Source: Paraphysomonas bandaiensis
Lineage: Eukaryota > Protista > Chrysophyceae
DNA length: 64,000 bases
Direction of reading: 5' to 3'
Assembly (NCBI GenBank): GCA_965644295.1
Contig: CBFFRP010000019.1
Location: 186,001-250,000, forward strand
The translations under genes and the position numbers were made by a program. The first letter of the stretch is position 1. Every line of letters begins with the position of its first letter. Below, in pieces: positions 13,701-25,732 of the stretch. The notes under the pieces are model-generated. The model searched no databases. It had not been told where the DNA came from and saw only the letters and a list, made by a program, of their open reading frames with translations.

Positions 13701-15479
13701 AGGAAACGAGATTCTGGTAATCTTCGACTTTGCACAGGCTTTGCAGATACCCTTGGTTTTCTGAAGACTCTTCTTACTCAGATGAGATCTGTTAAGGCCA
13801 CTCCCTGTGAACAACCGATGTTTGAAAGCTTCTAATAGCTTGCGCTTGCTGACATGCCCGCATCGTTTGTGAAGCAATTCCAGAGGGTCTTCATTTGTTT
13901 TATCCGATAGATGTACTTCTGCAGCTAAACTCGTCAAGTCAGGTAACTCCAACAAGTCCTTTAGATCAACGAAGGGCATTCCATTATCTGAATACCTAGC
14001 TTCAAGAACAACTTCTGCATTATCCAATCGCACTATTTTTGGGGTCTCTAGCAGCTGAAGTCCATATCCAAGCGTACGAAGCATCCCTCCCGAACAAATA
14101 TTCTTGACTGAGTCGGGGCATACCTTTAATTTTGTCCAGTCACCATAGTTGCCTGAGCCAGTATATCGTAAGCTGGATCCCGCTTTGGTTGTCTGAATGG
14201 CTCCTTCGTCTGCAACAAATGTCTGTAGAATATCACTGTTCTTGATGATGAAGAGTTGTTTCGACGCGCAGCTGTCTAGAAATACAATGTCTTCAGAAGT
14301 ATGCAGCACCTCATCTGCAACATTCACTTCTAAGTTACTCGATTCATCATATAACAACATGTGCACAGAATCATCCTCTTGCTCGTCTCTTTGAAGATAA
14401 CGATTCCAGTCCGAGCTCTTTTTGATGGGCCTTTCCATCGTACCGTTTTTTTCGGAAAAATGTCGTTTTTTGTTAACAGAATCCTCCGCTTTCCTTGTTT
14501 TTCGAACTTGAGCTCGATGTCTGCATTCATGAGCTCGATGTCCAGATACGCCACACACAAAGCATCCATCATCATCAGCGCCATTTTTTGACTTACTTCT
14601 TTTGGATTCTGATTGCTCTCTTCGATGCTTGTTTTTACCATTGCGCTTCATTTGGGAGATCTTCAGATCTTTCTTCTTCATCCAGCAGTTCTTCTGCGTG
14701 TGACCTCGTTTTCCACATTTAGAGTATGAGCATGTTACCTCTTGATCAGAAGAATTCCAATGTACTTCCGGTGCAGAAGACTCCTGTGGTAGACCCTTTG
14801 CCTGGTCGAAGCGCCTACAAATGGTGATCATCTCATTAAATGAAATATCACCTTTCAGGTAGATGTTTGTGTACAGCTGCTCCAGATCCTTCCTCGTTTC
14901 CAGCGCAGTCTGCAGCTTCGTTTTTTTGGATACGTCAGTTGGCGGCTCACCAAGTTCCGTCATTTTTTGGACAATTCCGTTCAGTCGATCAATGGCTGTA
15001 CACACCAGCTCCCCCTGTAGAATTCTAAATGACGCAAACTGTTTATTCAGTTCCACCAATTCGTACTGGGTTTCCCCACGAAATCTAATAACCAATTTAT
15101 TTACCAATTCACTTGCTAACATCTCCTTATCGGGATCATCAGGTGGAAGCATGTCCTTCTCTCGGAAGTATTGATCAACAATCTCAAGCGCCTCCGCCAC
15201 AGGTTGAACAGCTTCGAAGATGGAACTGATGCAGGTGTCTTTCCTCTCCAACCACTTGTCGAGGTCTTCCTTATACTTGTTTTTCACAGCTGTGGACGCA
15301 TTGTCAGCAGGTCGATGCGGTCGCTCTTCCAACCCAAGATGGTTCCGATTCTTTCTCATAAGCCAAACTCTCAATCGCTTCGTCCAGTTCACAACACCGA
15401 ACTGATCGAACTTCGGAAGGTGTTTCCATTCCGAACTACTTGCGGAACTACCGTCTGCTACCATGTCAAGGTTTGACAT
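10713..15479 (-). CDS. Copia gag-pol polyprotein (1588 aa)
   Basis: Two CCHC knuckles, protease FLDSCAS, HHCC (LHKRCGH..CKAC), integrase DDE core, RT (KARLVALG, YGLRSS, YVDD) and RNase H (DADW), in Copia order PR-IN-RT-RH. Confidence 0.97.
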   Translation of the reverse strand: MSNLDMVADGSSASSSEWKHLPKFDQFGVVNWTKRLRVWLMRKNRNHLGLEERPHRPADNASTAVKNKYKEDLDKWLERKDTCISSIFEAVQPVAEALEIVDQYFREKDMLPPDDPDKEMLASELVNKLVIRFRGETQYELVELNKQFASFRILQGELVCTAIDRLNGIVQKMTELGEPPTDVSKKTKLQTALETRKDLEQLYTNIYLKGDISFNEMITICRRFDQAKGLPQESSAPEVHWNSSDQEVTCSYSKCGKRGHTQKNCWMKKKDLKISQMKRNGKNKHRREQSESKRSKSKNGADDDGCFVCGVSGHRAHECRHRAQVRKTRKAEDSVNKKRHFSEKNGTMERPIKKSSDWNRYLQRDEQEDDSVHMLLYDESSNLEVNVADEVLHTSEDIVFLDSCASKQLFIIKNSDILQTFVADEGAIQTTKAGSSLRYTGSGNYGDWTKLKVCPDSVKNICSGGMLRTLGYGLQLLETPKIVRLDNAEVVLEARYSDNGMPFVDLKDLLELPDLTSLAAEVHLSDKTNEDPLELLHKRCGHVSKRKLLEAFKHRLFTGSGLNRSHLSKKSLQKTKGICKACAKSKITRISFPGKSDEELQATRFLEKVTVDIGVYFNCPSRQGYRYVLALTDVATKECWEFPLKTRTASEVLEHIRNWVEVLLPKYPGVHRLSVYHADGGAELIDKSIQEYLHSKFGTSITWSSTDSPEMNGVSERRFRTAGEMTLAMLSDAGFPVPFWWDAYVYASEIIRMMPTRTYRGWMSPMECVPGGSVPDLSSLRRWGCKAYVKTPRGDRRKNWQGKSQIGYFLGLSKKKRGYRIWLGESEVVSIHVLFDESIPPREKEYFEELEAALVKHDPQARQVEEFNHLIGSYHTDEGFLFRTTRVVVRKGLIVAYRALVTAGREQLEEKTPIHIADVVKLTQSYNLRRWHENPATRDDGAGGEERSMPAGGGTPKQSTADDSSGSEQTPCALPERSVSTSSRETSVCVPSSQTANPPAAISKRVRTQRVMTNVSTLGEINFLCGEDAVNMCKASDDSLITDPSDYREPESYEESLQCSDADKWKEARRLERNALFQREVFEVVETPPDARPLKSRYVYKRKYNKDGSIKKHKARLVALGYGQQSGVDVDNTFAPVVKSISVRLILALALVFSMFVHQLDVSSAFCYADIEGDVYMNPTPDFQLPPGHCFKLKKSLYGLRSSPRSWWKTINKFIKSLGFRPCVLEPCLYHAVYKGHKVYLTIYVDDIVIACADLNIITEIKARFCERFDMTDMGAVEHFLNVRVTRGQDFIQLDQQTYAEKILLKFADFLGPSSKIRKSPLPLDAMDRINQADSDLTPEEKEGVDNYPYRSLLGAMLYLSMNTRPDIAYAVGLLSRYASKPTRATCYLMTYLLQYVRGTVRKGIRFSSKHFDMHIFTDADWAGDVVSRRSTTGYIVFAAGGPLIWQSILQATVSTSSMQSEYQAMYAGMQELVWLRGVLDELGLRLREPTPFFLDSQSARDLALNPVFHKRSKHIEIKYHWVREHVDPDGLFNTAILYHVGTDDQTADIFTKSLCGVTFEKHRKRCLGEDRKSSVEVIREKTFKRRK
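15446..15463 (-). other. Primer-binding site, initiator tRNA-Met type
   Basis: TGGTAGCAGACGGTAGTT directly follows the 5' LTR; TGGTAGCAGA is complementary to the 3' end of AGCAGA-type tRNAi-Met. Confidence 0.8.
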
Positions 15480-15782
15480 TATATGAGAAGTATTAACTTA
15501 ACAACAGAAGGTAACTTATACTCAAAGCTGAGAATTATAAATTATAATCAATGTCTCTTATCATTCATCAATATCATGTTGTCTCCACTACCACTCATTT
15601 CTCGTACGACGATCTTACATCGTCACTACAACTTGCATCGTCACAATATTCCGTTTTACCGCTATGTGCTTATCGTCATTCATTCTCACAATACGATTAA
15701 CAAGACTACAACTGTATAATACAGTAATTTAAATACCTTATAACTACAGCTTTCAATTGCTCTCATATAGCAGAACTCAACA
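15464..15782 (-). repeat. 5' LTR of the Copia element
   Basis: Direct repeat of 10251-10569. Confidence 0.97.
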
Positions 15783-16256
15783 ATATATACTTTAGCCTTT
15801 AGCCAGCCAATAAATTGCAATTAATTGGCAACAATTACCAATAATAATAATTGAAATTATCACTATTAAAGCCAATTAATTTAATTGGCAATTATTGCCA
15901 ATAAATTGCTAACCAATTTATTGTTACGAAAGCCTGCCTATTGTTGCTAATTCTAGTATGACGTTTACTACTAATCTATAATTTACCTTGGGGATAGGGA
16001 GTATCGTCCCTTGTCTAAACTTGAAAACACGGACTTTTTGTCCTCGTTTCAAAATTTTGAGCGCGGAACGATGTAGCTCCTCGTTACGTATTTGTGTCAA
16101 TCTATTACTTTTATCCGTTTTCAACAGAAATCAGCCAGAAAGTAGCAACACATTATATATTAGAGGCTGTATATCGGATTTCACATGCTCATTACATAGA
16201 CAATATGTAGTACGGTGGCAGTGATACACAACAAAACAAACCACTTACTATCTATC

Positions 16257-18863
16257 TTACAGTAAATTTGCCGTAACCACCTCAGGTGATCGTGGAGCAA
16301 TGTTTTCAGTATCATGTTTGGCGATTCGCCTTTCCAGTCTCTCTTTTTCAAGTGTAATTTTGGTTAGCTTCGACTTCAGTATTGAGTACTCTCTTTCGCT
16401 TTGAAGAAGCTTTTGTGATATTTCCATACGTTCCTTGTTTTCTTCCAAATTCTTGGCTATCATCTCCCTTCGCTCACGAGTCATTTGTTGAATTCTTCGC
16501 TCCAAGAGTTCTGTTTGTTCAATGTACGCAGTTAGTCCACTAGATTTTGGAGCAGTCGTAGAGCTTTGAACTTCTCGTGAAGCTGCTGGGAGCCTCATCG
16601 CGCGCTTGGGATGACCAGCCATTCCATGGCCCTCGAGACTATCATTTATTGAAGTCGAAGAGGCAGTTTTCATATCAGCATCAGATTGCTGAGATGGAAG
16701 AGGCAATATATCTTCACCATCACGAAGAGCAAGCTGCTCTTGAAGGCGCTTCACATCCGCTCTTGAAGAATCAAGTTGTTCCTGCATCAGTTTCAGCTCT
16801 TTGATGGCACTCTCAACTTCAATATTATTTCCGGTTGTACTGGCAGCAACTTGCATCTGCGACTTATATTTCTGCGCCTCGCTTTCGTGAAATCTCTTTT
16901 CCCTCTCTACTCGCCTTCGTTTCACTCTTTCATCCTCAATATCAGCTTCAAGAGCACTTGACTTACTTCTTTCGATATCTATTTCTTGGGAGTGTTGGGC
17001 TTTTATCTCTGCTATCATCCTTTTTCCACTGTCGATACAAGAAGAGAGCTCTTGTTTGTGAGCTTCCTCCATATCGCAAAGTTTTCTCTTCAAACTCTCA
17101 GTGGTTTTTTGTGCTGTCTCACTAACCTCTTTCAAATTGTTCTCCGTTTTACTGAGAGTCACTTCCAATTGCTCTTTCGTTTCGGTCATTGCTTCAAGTG
17201 ATAACTTTGAAGCGCTTAGGTTGCTCTCTGTGCTCTCCAAATCATTTGATACTTCCTGAATAATGCTACTTTTCCCAATACATGTGAGCTGTATGGCACA
17301 GCAGTTGAGCTGTTGAAGGTGCTTAATTCGAGATTTGTATGACAACATCATTGCTGCGCGGTCCTGCTCTGCCATTATGCTAGTCTCTGCGCGTTCCTGC
17401 CGGAGCTGTGCACATGCCTGCCTCACTTCACACAGCGATGCCTTTAGAGAAGCAATCTCGTCGGTCTTTTCCTGTATTACATCTTTAGCCTCCGCCCACT
17501 TCATCTGAAGTGATGCATTAACACATTGCTGATCAGAAATGTCCTGCTGTAATTTATCAAGATGGTCCAGTGATGTGTAATTCAGTTTTTGCTTTAAGTC
17601 CGCGTTTTCATTACGCAAAAAGAGCAATTCTTTCTTTACCTCTGGATTAAACTCACTGATTCCCGCACCTGCCAATTATAGATACAGTGAGGAACACACA
17701 CAATACTGGGTTTCATATGACGTACCTACACCAACACCACGCTCAACATTCTTCAGCTGTTCAGAGGCAGACATCAACTCTTCTGTGAGTAGCTTAGCCC
17801 TCTGCTCACTACTGTGACTTCCCTCTGTAAGCTCTGCCAATCTTTGTGTGAGTGAGGTTACCATTTCCTGTCCTCGCTCTAACTGCGCAGTTAGGTCCGC
17901 GATAGTGATTACATTTTCCGCATTCTTTGTCCTATATTCCTCCAGATTACTCTTCACTTTCCGAAGGGAATCAAGCTCCTTCTCCAGTAAAACGAGCTTT
18001 GAATGTGTCTCACTATGCGCAGCTGATTCAGCTTTCAACTGGTCATTCACACCATCTAATCGGTCCATTCTCTCCCGAAGGCGATCTAACTGTTTTTCAG
18101 CTACTTCCGTTCGTTTCGCTAAAGGAGTCAATACATCGATCTCATCCTGAAGCCCTGATACCTTGTTCTCTAATGCCGATTTTTCCTTGAGTTCGCAAAG
18201 GTATTCCGTTTCCTTCTTTTTCAGCAGGGAAATCTCTCCATTCAGATGTTTTATCTCGGCTATTTTTTCATTCACAATGGCTTCTACATCCATCAATTTT
18301 CCTAGGTGGGACGTACTCTCCGTTTTTATCTGCTCCTCCAGTTTCTTCTCTCGCTCAACAAAATAAGAAATTTCATGTCTATAATTTTCGAGTGCAATAT
18401 CTTTTTTAACGCACATGTCACAAACACCAACATCCGAATCACCCGGTAGGTCTGCTCCCCTTTTCGCATGCTCAATGTTAGGCTCATCCTCTTCCATCAT
18501 ATTCCTGGGCTCAGGGTCAATCTCTTCAGTATGAACCTCTTGAATAGCCTGCATAAGGTGCTCTTGTACACTAGGACTCATCGAGATAATATGAGAGACG
18601 AATGAATCCCTGTCAACAGAGCCTCCTGACACTGCGTATTTTAGGACTAACTTCGCAGTATACATAAGATCATACTCCGTATCACATACTCCGAGTGCCT
18701 TCGACACTGCTACTTGAATTTCATTGATACTATCAAGTGTATCTTCCATAACATGATTAGCAACAAGTTTTACTTTACTTTCAAGTGAATATGTAGAAGA
18801 TTCTTGTATTTGAAGCACCTCACTACAAGCCTGATCAATCCACTCCTTTAGACTTTGATCCAT
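16257..18863 (-). CDS. HOOK/HkRP-like long coiled-coil protein (2 exons)
   Basis: The N-terminal LVLKYAVSGG..FVSHIISMSPSVQEHLMQAIQEV resembles the HOOK domain, followed by extended coiled coil. The two ORFs join through a GT-AG intron near 17670-17724. Confidence 0.75.
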
Positions 18864-20028
18864 GAGTCAGATTATATTAATTCAATTGGATTATACCTCT
18901 ATATGAGGTTGTTTATTAATAGATCTGATATTCTGGAAGTTAAGTGTGACACAATGCTGATATATATACTCATATGTTGTATATATATATATATATATGC
19001 ACAAGATGTCGAGTGTGTTGATTGGACTGCTGCACTATCATACATAAACTTCACTTCACAACGGTCACTTTAGGTGTTATCCAATGATATTAATGTATAT
19101 CATATGAACACGATCCTATAGGTATATAGTAAAGGACATTACGTATTTGCCGTATACACGGTATATATATATCGGGCTACATATGTCCGGGTGTGCATAG
19201 ATAGGTACACGAAGTATCCATATGCATATATCCATATGGCCATATAGCAACTAGACATTCAGGTTTTAATAGCAAAGAATTATCGACATGTTGATTGGTT
19301 GGGTTCCTTCTGATATGCACACATTTGAAGGACAAAATTGACCTCTGCTATAAACAATGGTTTAGTTAAACCCAACGCTTGGTAGCTGAATATCGAATAC
19401 TTTTATCTTTCGTTGCATGTTTCATGTAAGTATAATCTATATAGTTTAACCGGTCGTAAGTGTGATGGAAGTGTACGCATCCGCCTCGTCTGTTTGATTG
19501 AAAGAAAGAAATTGATGGAAAGATAAATAGTAACAAGTATACAACCAACACCTTGAAGATGTGGCCCAACGTTTTTTTAGATACTATTATTTCCACAATT
19601 TCTTCTGTTAGAAATGACCATACTTTGCTAACCACCCTCAGCAATTTTATTCTATGCTGACATGCGCTATTCATGCTTTCTCATTGTACATGGAATATAT
19701 GTGTGAGTTATTAATAGTGTTTCTTTTACTCCGCACTCTTATATTGTGTAAAAAATACGTGCATACAAGTATATTCCGGTGGGTAAATATACCACTGTTA
19801 CTGGAGAAGTTAGAAGCTTACGTCCGTAGAAGCCGTGTATTGGGTATTACCTGTTATAAAAGTAGCACTATGGGTGACAGAAGGAACAATATTATATCAA
19901 AGGTGCATAACATATATGCTACAAACACACTAAAGGCTAATATAATTTAACCAAAGGTAATTGAAATTAATGATTTATAAGCTACAAGGTAGCTCCAGAG
20001 TATTCTAAACCAATCGTTCTAAATTACG

Positions 20029-21343
20029 CTATAGTTCGGGCACTGTCAAAACTTCCGCACCATGTTCAGTAATAAGCACCTCATGTTCAAACTGGGACGC
20101 TCTAAAAATCATATTCAAGTCAATGACGAAATAGTAACAATATGTTTCAACTCACATGCTGCCATCCTGAGTGAATACACTCCAATTGTCTGCCGGCGAG
20201 ACGCCTATTTCTTTTCGCCCCTGTGACAACACAACACGTCATACATTCGAAAATTATTATTAGTTCTGCAGGACACTCACAACTGTGAATATCGGTTCGA
20301 TCGTAAATATCATATTGGGTACCATCTCCTGTCTGTTATTGTTCTTGTAATGCAGGATCTATTCACAAGAAAATCAGAAAAAGAATAGGAATAGCATGGG
20401 CAGTGTCCTTACCAGTGGCGGCATGTGTAGCGTCTTACCAAGTCCGTGACCACAAAAATCTTCGACAGAACTGTATCCATTACTATCCGCCACTTTCTGT
20501 GGAGCCAGCGCATCATACAAATAAATTTTAAAAGCCGTACTCCTACCTGAATAGTGGATCCTATTTCCGTTATACATCTGATATGCACGTGTCAGTACCA
20601 CAAAGTCATTTCATTTGAGATTATCTTACTTTCCTGGACCACAAATGCTTATTGCATCTTCTAATGCCTTAAGGTTAATATCCAACAGCTGCCGTTTCCA
20701 CTCCCGGTCAGACTTTTGGATTTTGTCTTCACCAATGATGACAGTCTTACAGTTGTCTCCGTGATACCCCCTATAAAACACTGACACGTCGATGGACAGC
20801 ACATCTCCATCGGCCAAAACGTCATCAGTATTCGGTATACCGTGACATGCGATATTATTGACGGACGTGCAAATAGACTTTGGGAAACCATAATAGTTAA
20901 GAGGAGAAGGAAATGCACCTTTTCGGATGATTTCTTCGTGTGCAAGTCGATCTACATCGTCAGTTGTCATGCCTGCCTCTGCTACGGAGCATGCATAGTC
21001 TAGAATGTATCTGGCAATGAGAGCTTCGCAGCGTTCAAGATAATATCAGATATACTGGGTGACAGATGAAAGCATATATATACCTGACTCCCGCATATAC
21101 TGGATCTCGTCATTCTTAAATATATAAGTATATCTACAGACTCAAGTCAGGAAGAGTAACAGATAATAATACATATGCATACGGTGGCGCTTGTTGTGGG
21201 CTGCCAGTGTCAGCATACTCTGTTCTGGTAATATGCTGAGGGACATATCGAAAACTTGCCCGAGATAGCTGTCTCGACTGGAATTTCAAACTAGCAGTTC
21301 GTGTTCCATATTTCTGCCCGCAACATTTCATTATAGATTGCAT
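20029..21343 (-). CDS. Methionine aminopeptidase type 1, probably organellar (MAP1D-like), multi-exon
   Basis: PSPLNYYGFPKSICTSVN..CHGIP, IDVSVF..GYHGD, FCGHGLG, FTIEPI, SQFEHEVLIT; N-terminal transit-like extension. Confidence 0.93.
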
Positions 21344-21713
21344 CTTGAAACAGCTATATAATTAAAAGATAATTCTAAGGTCTGAATAGTGCAGAACAGG
21401 TCTGAATAAAGTGAGAATACTATTACAGAGTTTGAGATGAAGGGACTGAGAGCTTTATGTTGTACTTGTTATTACATACTGCTGTATACATGATTATACA
21501 GAGTGTTGTTGGACCTGTATTGGCCTGAAGGGATGTGCTGTATGGTTTGGCATACTCTGTTATGAGGTATGAAAATCCTATAGATTGACTCTTAATAATA
21601 TATAAAATCATATATTTTATACGAAAATCTTATATTTTATATGAAAATCCTCGAATTGATCATACACTGCCACCACTGCGCGCTGCAGTAGTACGTACAG
21701 CAGGCAGCAGAAC

Positions 21714-22824
21714 ATGAATGTCTCTACGCAAGACAATAAAGATAAGTCGCCCATAGATACTGATTGTAGCATCATGGGCAGAGAAGAAAAGATGAGTTCC
21801 ACTGGAACAATTCCAGCAGTGAGCTGCTGGGTATGTTATGCGATTTGTATCGCTGTTGTGGCTTGTGTCTTTGCTGGATGGGGTTATTCGAAAACGCCTT
21901 GGAGAATGGTGATCATCTCATGTAAACGCCGTTATTGCTTTAATTTGGATTATCAGGGTTTGGAGGCCATTATAGAGACTACACTGGTCATATATGCGTT
22001 CTCCCTTTACTACAGGTTGTACTGTACTTCTCAATGCATCTATCGTTAATTTGAAATATAGCAATACCTCAATGTACGATCCTGCATGGACATTTCTTCC
22101 ACTTTTTATTGCAGTTGGATGGATTGTAACATCCGATACTCCTCTGACACTGTCTCCACGTGGCTTATATACGTTCGTGCTTCTTTTCTTATGGTGCGTG
22201 CGTTACGTAGTCATGCACCCATGGGATGGATGGACGAAAGGGGTACATGCGGAAGACTGGAGGTACATTGAATATTATAAGGCGGTTGGTGGAGGTATCG
22301 TCTATTGGATTGGTAGTTTGGTTTCACTGCACCTGACACCTTCTCTACTGGTGTTTTTTGGTCTTGGGCCAGTGCAGAAAGTATGGAGCGCGGGTAAAGG
22401 TGGTACTCCGTTGTCTTACCTAGACTTGGTTGCCATCGTAGTGACAGTATCTGCTCTCTGTATCCAGACTATGGCTGATTACCAACTCACTACGTTTAGA
22501 GGTGTATATAGCTCGCAAACAGCATCAGATCCGACGAAATGCTGTCGCTCAGGTCTGTGGAGTTGGAGTCGCCATCCTAATTACTTCGGCGAGGCACTGT
22601 TTTGGCTTGGAATAGCCCTAATAGGATTCGCCGAAAATCAGCAGGAGGGTTTTGGATGGTCTTGGGGGGGTTCTATTGCCATGTTTCTCTTTTTTCGCTT
22701 GTCATGTCATCTCACTGACCAGAGGAATCTTAAACGAAAACCTGGGTACAGTACTGTGATGAATGAAGTCAGTGCCTTTGTTTTATGCCCACCTAAATCT
22801 ACAGTTTCTCAAAAACTTGACTAG
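21714..22824 (+). CDS. DUF1295 / steroid 5-alpha-reductase-like membrane protein (3 exons)
   Basis: EDWRY and GLWSWSRHPNYFGE motifs, multiple TM segments, two short GT-AG introns near 21910-22015. Confidence 0.88.
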
Positions 22825-23457
22825 CAGTTATCTTTTGAAAGTGGTGAGCACTATTAAACAACGACATTTACCGCGAAAAAGTGCATATTGCTTTTCGAGT
22901 GCGGTATATGTACCATTACCTATTTGTTTAGATTTAGAGTAGTTGTTTAATCTATTGAAATTTATCTGTTTAATAAAGAATTCCTTTATTCAGGAATTAG
23001 CAGTATTTTTGTGAGTCTGTACTTAATTACTTTTATCGCAACTTTACGGTTACGACATACACGTAAAGTAGAAAACATAAAACATTAGCAGGTGATTTAA
23101 GTTAGGCATTGGAAGACACTGTAAATCGCTGAATTACGTATACAGTTGTGTTGGTTTGTTGCTGTAGTGTGATTTGTAGAGCACATCAATCACCAACAAT
23201 AATATAACAAATACTTTTAACAGAAGCAATATGACGTCTAACAAGCTTGGCACAGAGAGTTTACAAATATTAATGCAGTGATTTTCATCCTATATTATTA
23301 AGGGCACACGTTAACGATTCCATTATATTACTTCGATAGCACTTTTGTTAACAACAAGCCAGAGGCAATGCATATCGGTACATCATGCTGTTCTAATATA
23401 ATATAATTTCTTGCATACCACAAAAACCACTATCGCATCAAACATCTGGGCATGCGA

Positions 23458-24153
23458 CTATTTCGACAACCAGAAAACGAAGACAAGGAACAATCCGTTT
23501 CCAACAAAGGCAATAATTGATAGTACAACAAGAACAGCATGCGTAACAATTCCGATGTCAAATTTTTGTGACCCAGATTCACCAGCATCTCCTTGCTGAG
23601 CATTCTGGGAAGTGTCAACAGAGATCATACTTCCAGCATCTCCCCCCACTGGAATTGTATCACCCGCATCCTGTAACCGTCTAACCACAGGAGTGTCACA
23701 AGCATCTCTTTTTATGGCTGCCGCTAATGTAAATTTATTTGAAGAGGTTGAGGTGAGTTGAAAACGACAAGAACATCCCGCGGACGAGTCATCACAACCA
23801 TTTAATGACGACGTCATCCCTCTCGCATCACCTTCGACAACAGAAATGAAGGGATCCACACCATCGCACTGCAGCAATGGTATACTGACTACCATGTCTA
23901 TTTTTCCGTCAGGTATAATCGTAAACGGGGCACTAACGAGCATGTCAGGTAATCTGATATCTTCAATATTACTGAGTGTTTCTACATTCACTCTAGCAAG
24001 TGAAGATAAAATTGAAGGTGGGCTTAAGTGAAGGACATAATCTTTTATACAGTCTAAACTCTTTGCTGGCTGCTGATAGCAGAGACAAATGCTGTGTAAT
24101 GGTTGCGAGGAGACAATTCCGACTACAAAGAATAAAAACAGTACCGGCAGCAT
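23458..24153 (-). CDS. Hypothetical type I membrane protein (signal peptide, Cys-containing ectodomain, C-terminal TM)
   Basis: 231-aa ORF with a hydrophobic N-terminus, RRLQ processing-like site and C-terminal hydrophobic helix. Confidence 0.7.
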   Translation of the reverse strand: MLPVLFLFFVVGIVSSQPLHSICLCYQQPAKSLDCIKDYVLHLSPPSILSSLARVNVETLSNIEDIRLPDMLVSAPFTIIPDGKIDMVVSIPLLQCDGVDPFISVVEGDARGMTSSLNGCDDSSAGCSCRFQLTSTSSNKFTLAAAIKRDACDTPVVRRLQDAGDTIPVGGDAGSMISVDTSQNAQQGDAGESGSQKFDIGIVTHAVLVVLSIIAFVGNGLFLVFVFWLSK

Positions 24154-24678
24154 CGCAGATATGCGTTCAACTATTAGTAATTACATAAACAATTCTTTGT
24201 TGCTTTGATGTTTAACACACCTCTTCATTCCAATATGATATACACGCACACAAGTGACGATAATGTACACGTATACATGCCTACAGTACATGCATACACA
24301 GATTCCTATACTACTGTACCTACACACATGTACTTCCATACATACACCACTTCCTACTGTACACACTACGAACACTCCAGTACATATTGTGTATATAGGA
24401 ATATACGTAGATTTCCTTTTACATATAGAATTCACACGGTAGTTACAGCAGTATTCTAAAAAATTGAGTCCAGTAGAGGTGTGTTGGATACATAGTCTCG
24501 CTCTGTATATTCTCGAAGTGATGATATTACCGAACTTGTGTTCTATATAGTGTATATATAAGGTGACCTTCCCTTGTAAACAACCCTTCACATCCTACAG
24601 TCTATGATTAAAGTATTTAATAGAGTGTGAAGTGATTTGTATCATAGAAAGTGATTATTCAATCAATATATATAGAAG

Positions 24679-25732
24679 ATGTTACGTATATCTCGATTCT
24701 GTGGATCACACTATCGCAAAGCATTTAAGTCCTCTAGCACACCTGTCCGGAAGTGCTTTATTCGTCCATGCTCATCACAAGTATCTGAAAGTAGTGCTCC
24801 AAGCAATCAACAGCTTCTACGCCTGTTCGTTCATGCGGCTGTACCTATGATAGGATTTGGTATGTATAGTATCCAGTTATAATAACCTTATACTGACGGC
24901 TTAGGGGACAGGTTTCATGGATAATATGGTCATGATACAAGCCGGGGACTTAATTGATAACACTATCGGTGTACACTTTGGATTTGCGACCTTAACAGCT
25001 GCAGCATTTGGTCAAGTTTTCAGTGATGTTAGTGGGGTTGCTTTTGGTGGTACTGTGGAGGCTGCGGCAACGAGGCTAGGCCTTCCTATTCCGGACCTCA
25101 CACAATCTCAACGTAGTATGCGAATTACAAAACTTGTTGGTACAACTGGCGCTATGGTTGGAGTAATAATCGGCTGTTTATTGGGCATGACAAGTCTGCT
25201 GTTTATGGACCTCGATGCTGCTGACAGGGCAAAACGACAGGCAGAACTGGACACTATATTTAACACTGTGATTGAACACGGCCATTGGGTAGTTCAAGCG
25301 GAGCGAGGTACCCTCTTTATGGTTGACGAAGAGAAAGGGGAGCTATGGAGTAAGGTCGCACTTGGCACACATCTGACCTATACCATGCCGATTGATAACA
25401 AGAGTATAGCTGGGACTTGTGTTAAACTTAAAGACACAGTGAATGTTACTGATGCATATAATGATCCTCGTTTTGATTCCTCTTTTGATAAAATGTCTAA
25501 CTTCAAAACTCGTGATCTTCTCTGCGTTCCGGTATTCGAGCATGATATTGATGAACATGATCTAGTAGACACCGAGAGCATCCGCTCTCGAAAAGTGATT
25601 GCTGTGGTCCAGATGATTAATAAGATGGATTCTGATAAGGGATTTACTGAGGGAGATGTGGACCTTGTGGAAATGCTGGCGAAACATGTTTCTATTTTTA
25701 TTGGACAGGTTAATAAGAAAAGCAGTTCGTGA
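24679..25732 (+). CDS. TMEM65-family membrane protein fused to a C-terminal GAF domain, with a mitochondrial presequence-like N-terminus
   Basis: VPMIGFG|FMDNMVMIQAGDLIDNTIG..AAAFGQVFSDVSG (TMEM65); intron 24860-24911; GAF motifs AERGTLFMVD, VNVTDAYNDPRFD, LLCVP, QMINK..FTEGD. Confidence 0.88.

Larger units (their letters stand above)
10251..15782 (-). mobile_element. Full-length Ty1/Copia LTR retrotransposon
   Basis: Two 319-bp TG..CA LTRs that read as identical, 5-bp TSD ATATA (10246-10250, 15783-15787), PBS, PPT, and a single intact gag-pol ORF. Confidence 0.98.
9281..15936 (-). mobile_element. Decayed non-autonomous hAT DNA transposon, interrupted by the Copia insertion
   Basis: TIRs CAGGCTTGCGTAACAATTAATTGGT (9281) and rc CAGGCTTTCGTAACAATAAATTGGT (ends 15936). 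Degenerate 8-bp TSD CATATTAT/CCTATTGT. Subterminal aattggc repeats. hAT dimerisation remnant KYLYSTTNVYERLFTRAK near 9490-9545. Confidence 0.8.

Noticed and set aside
16257-18863. Two abutting genes or stop-codon readthrough at 17675/17676
   Set aside because: A normal GT-AG intron removes the stop.
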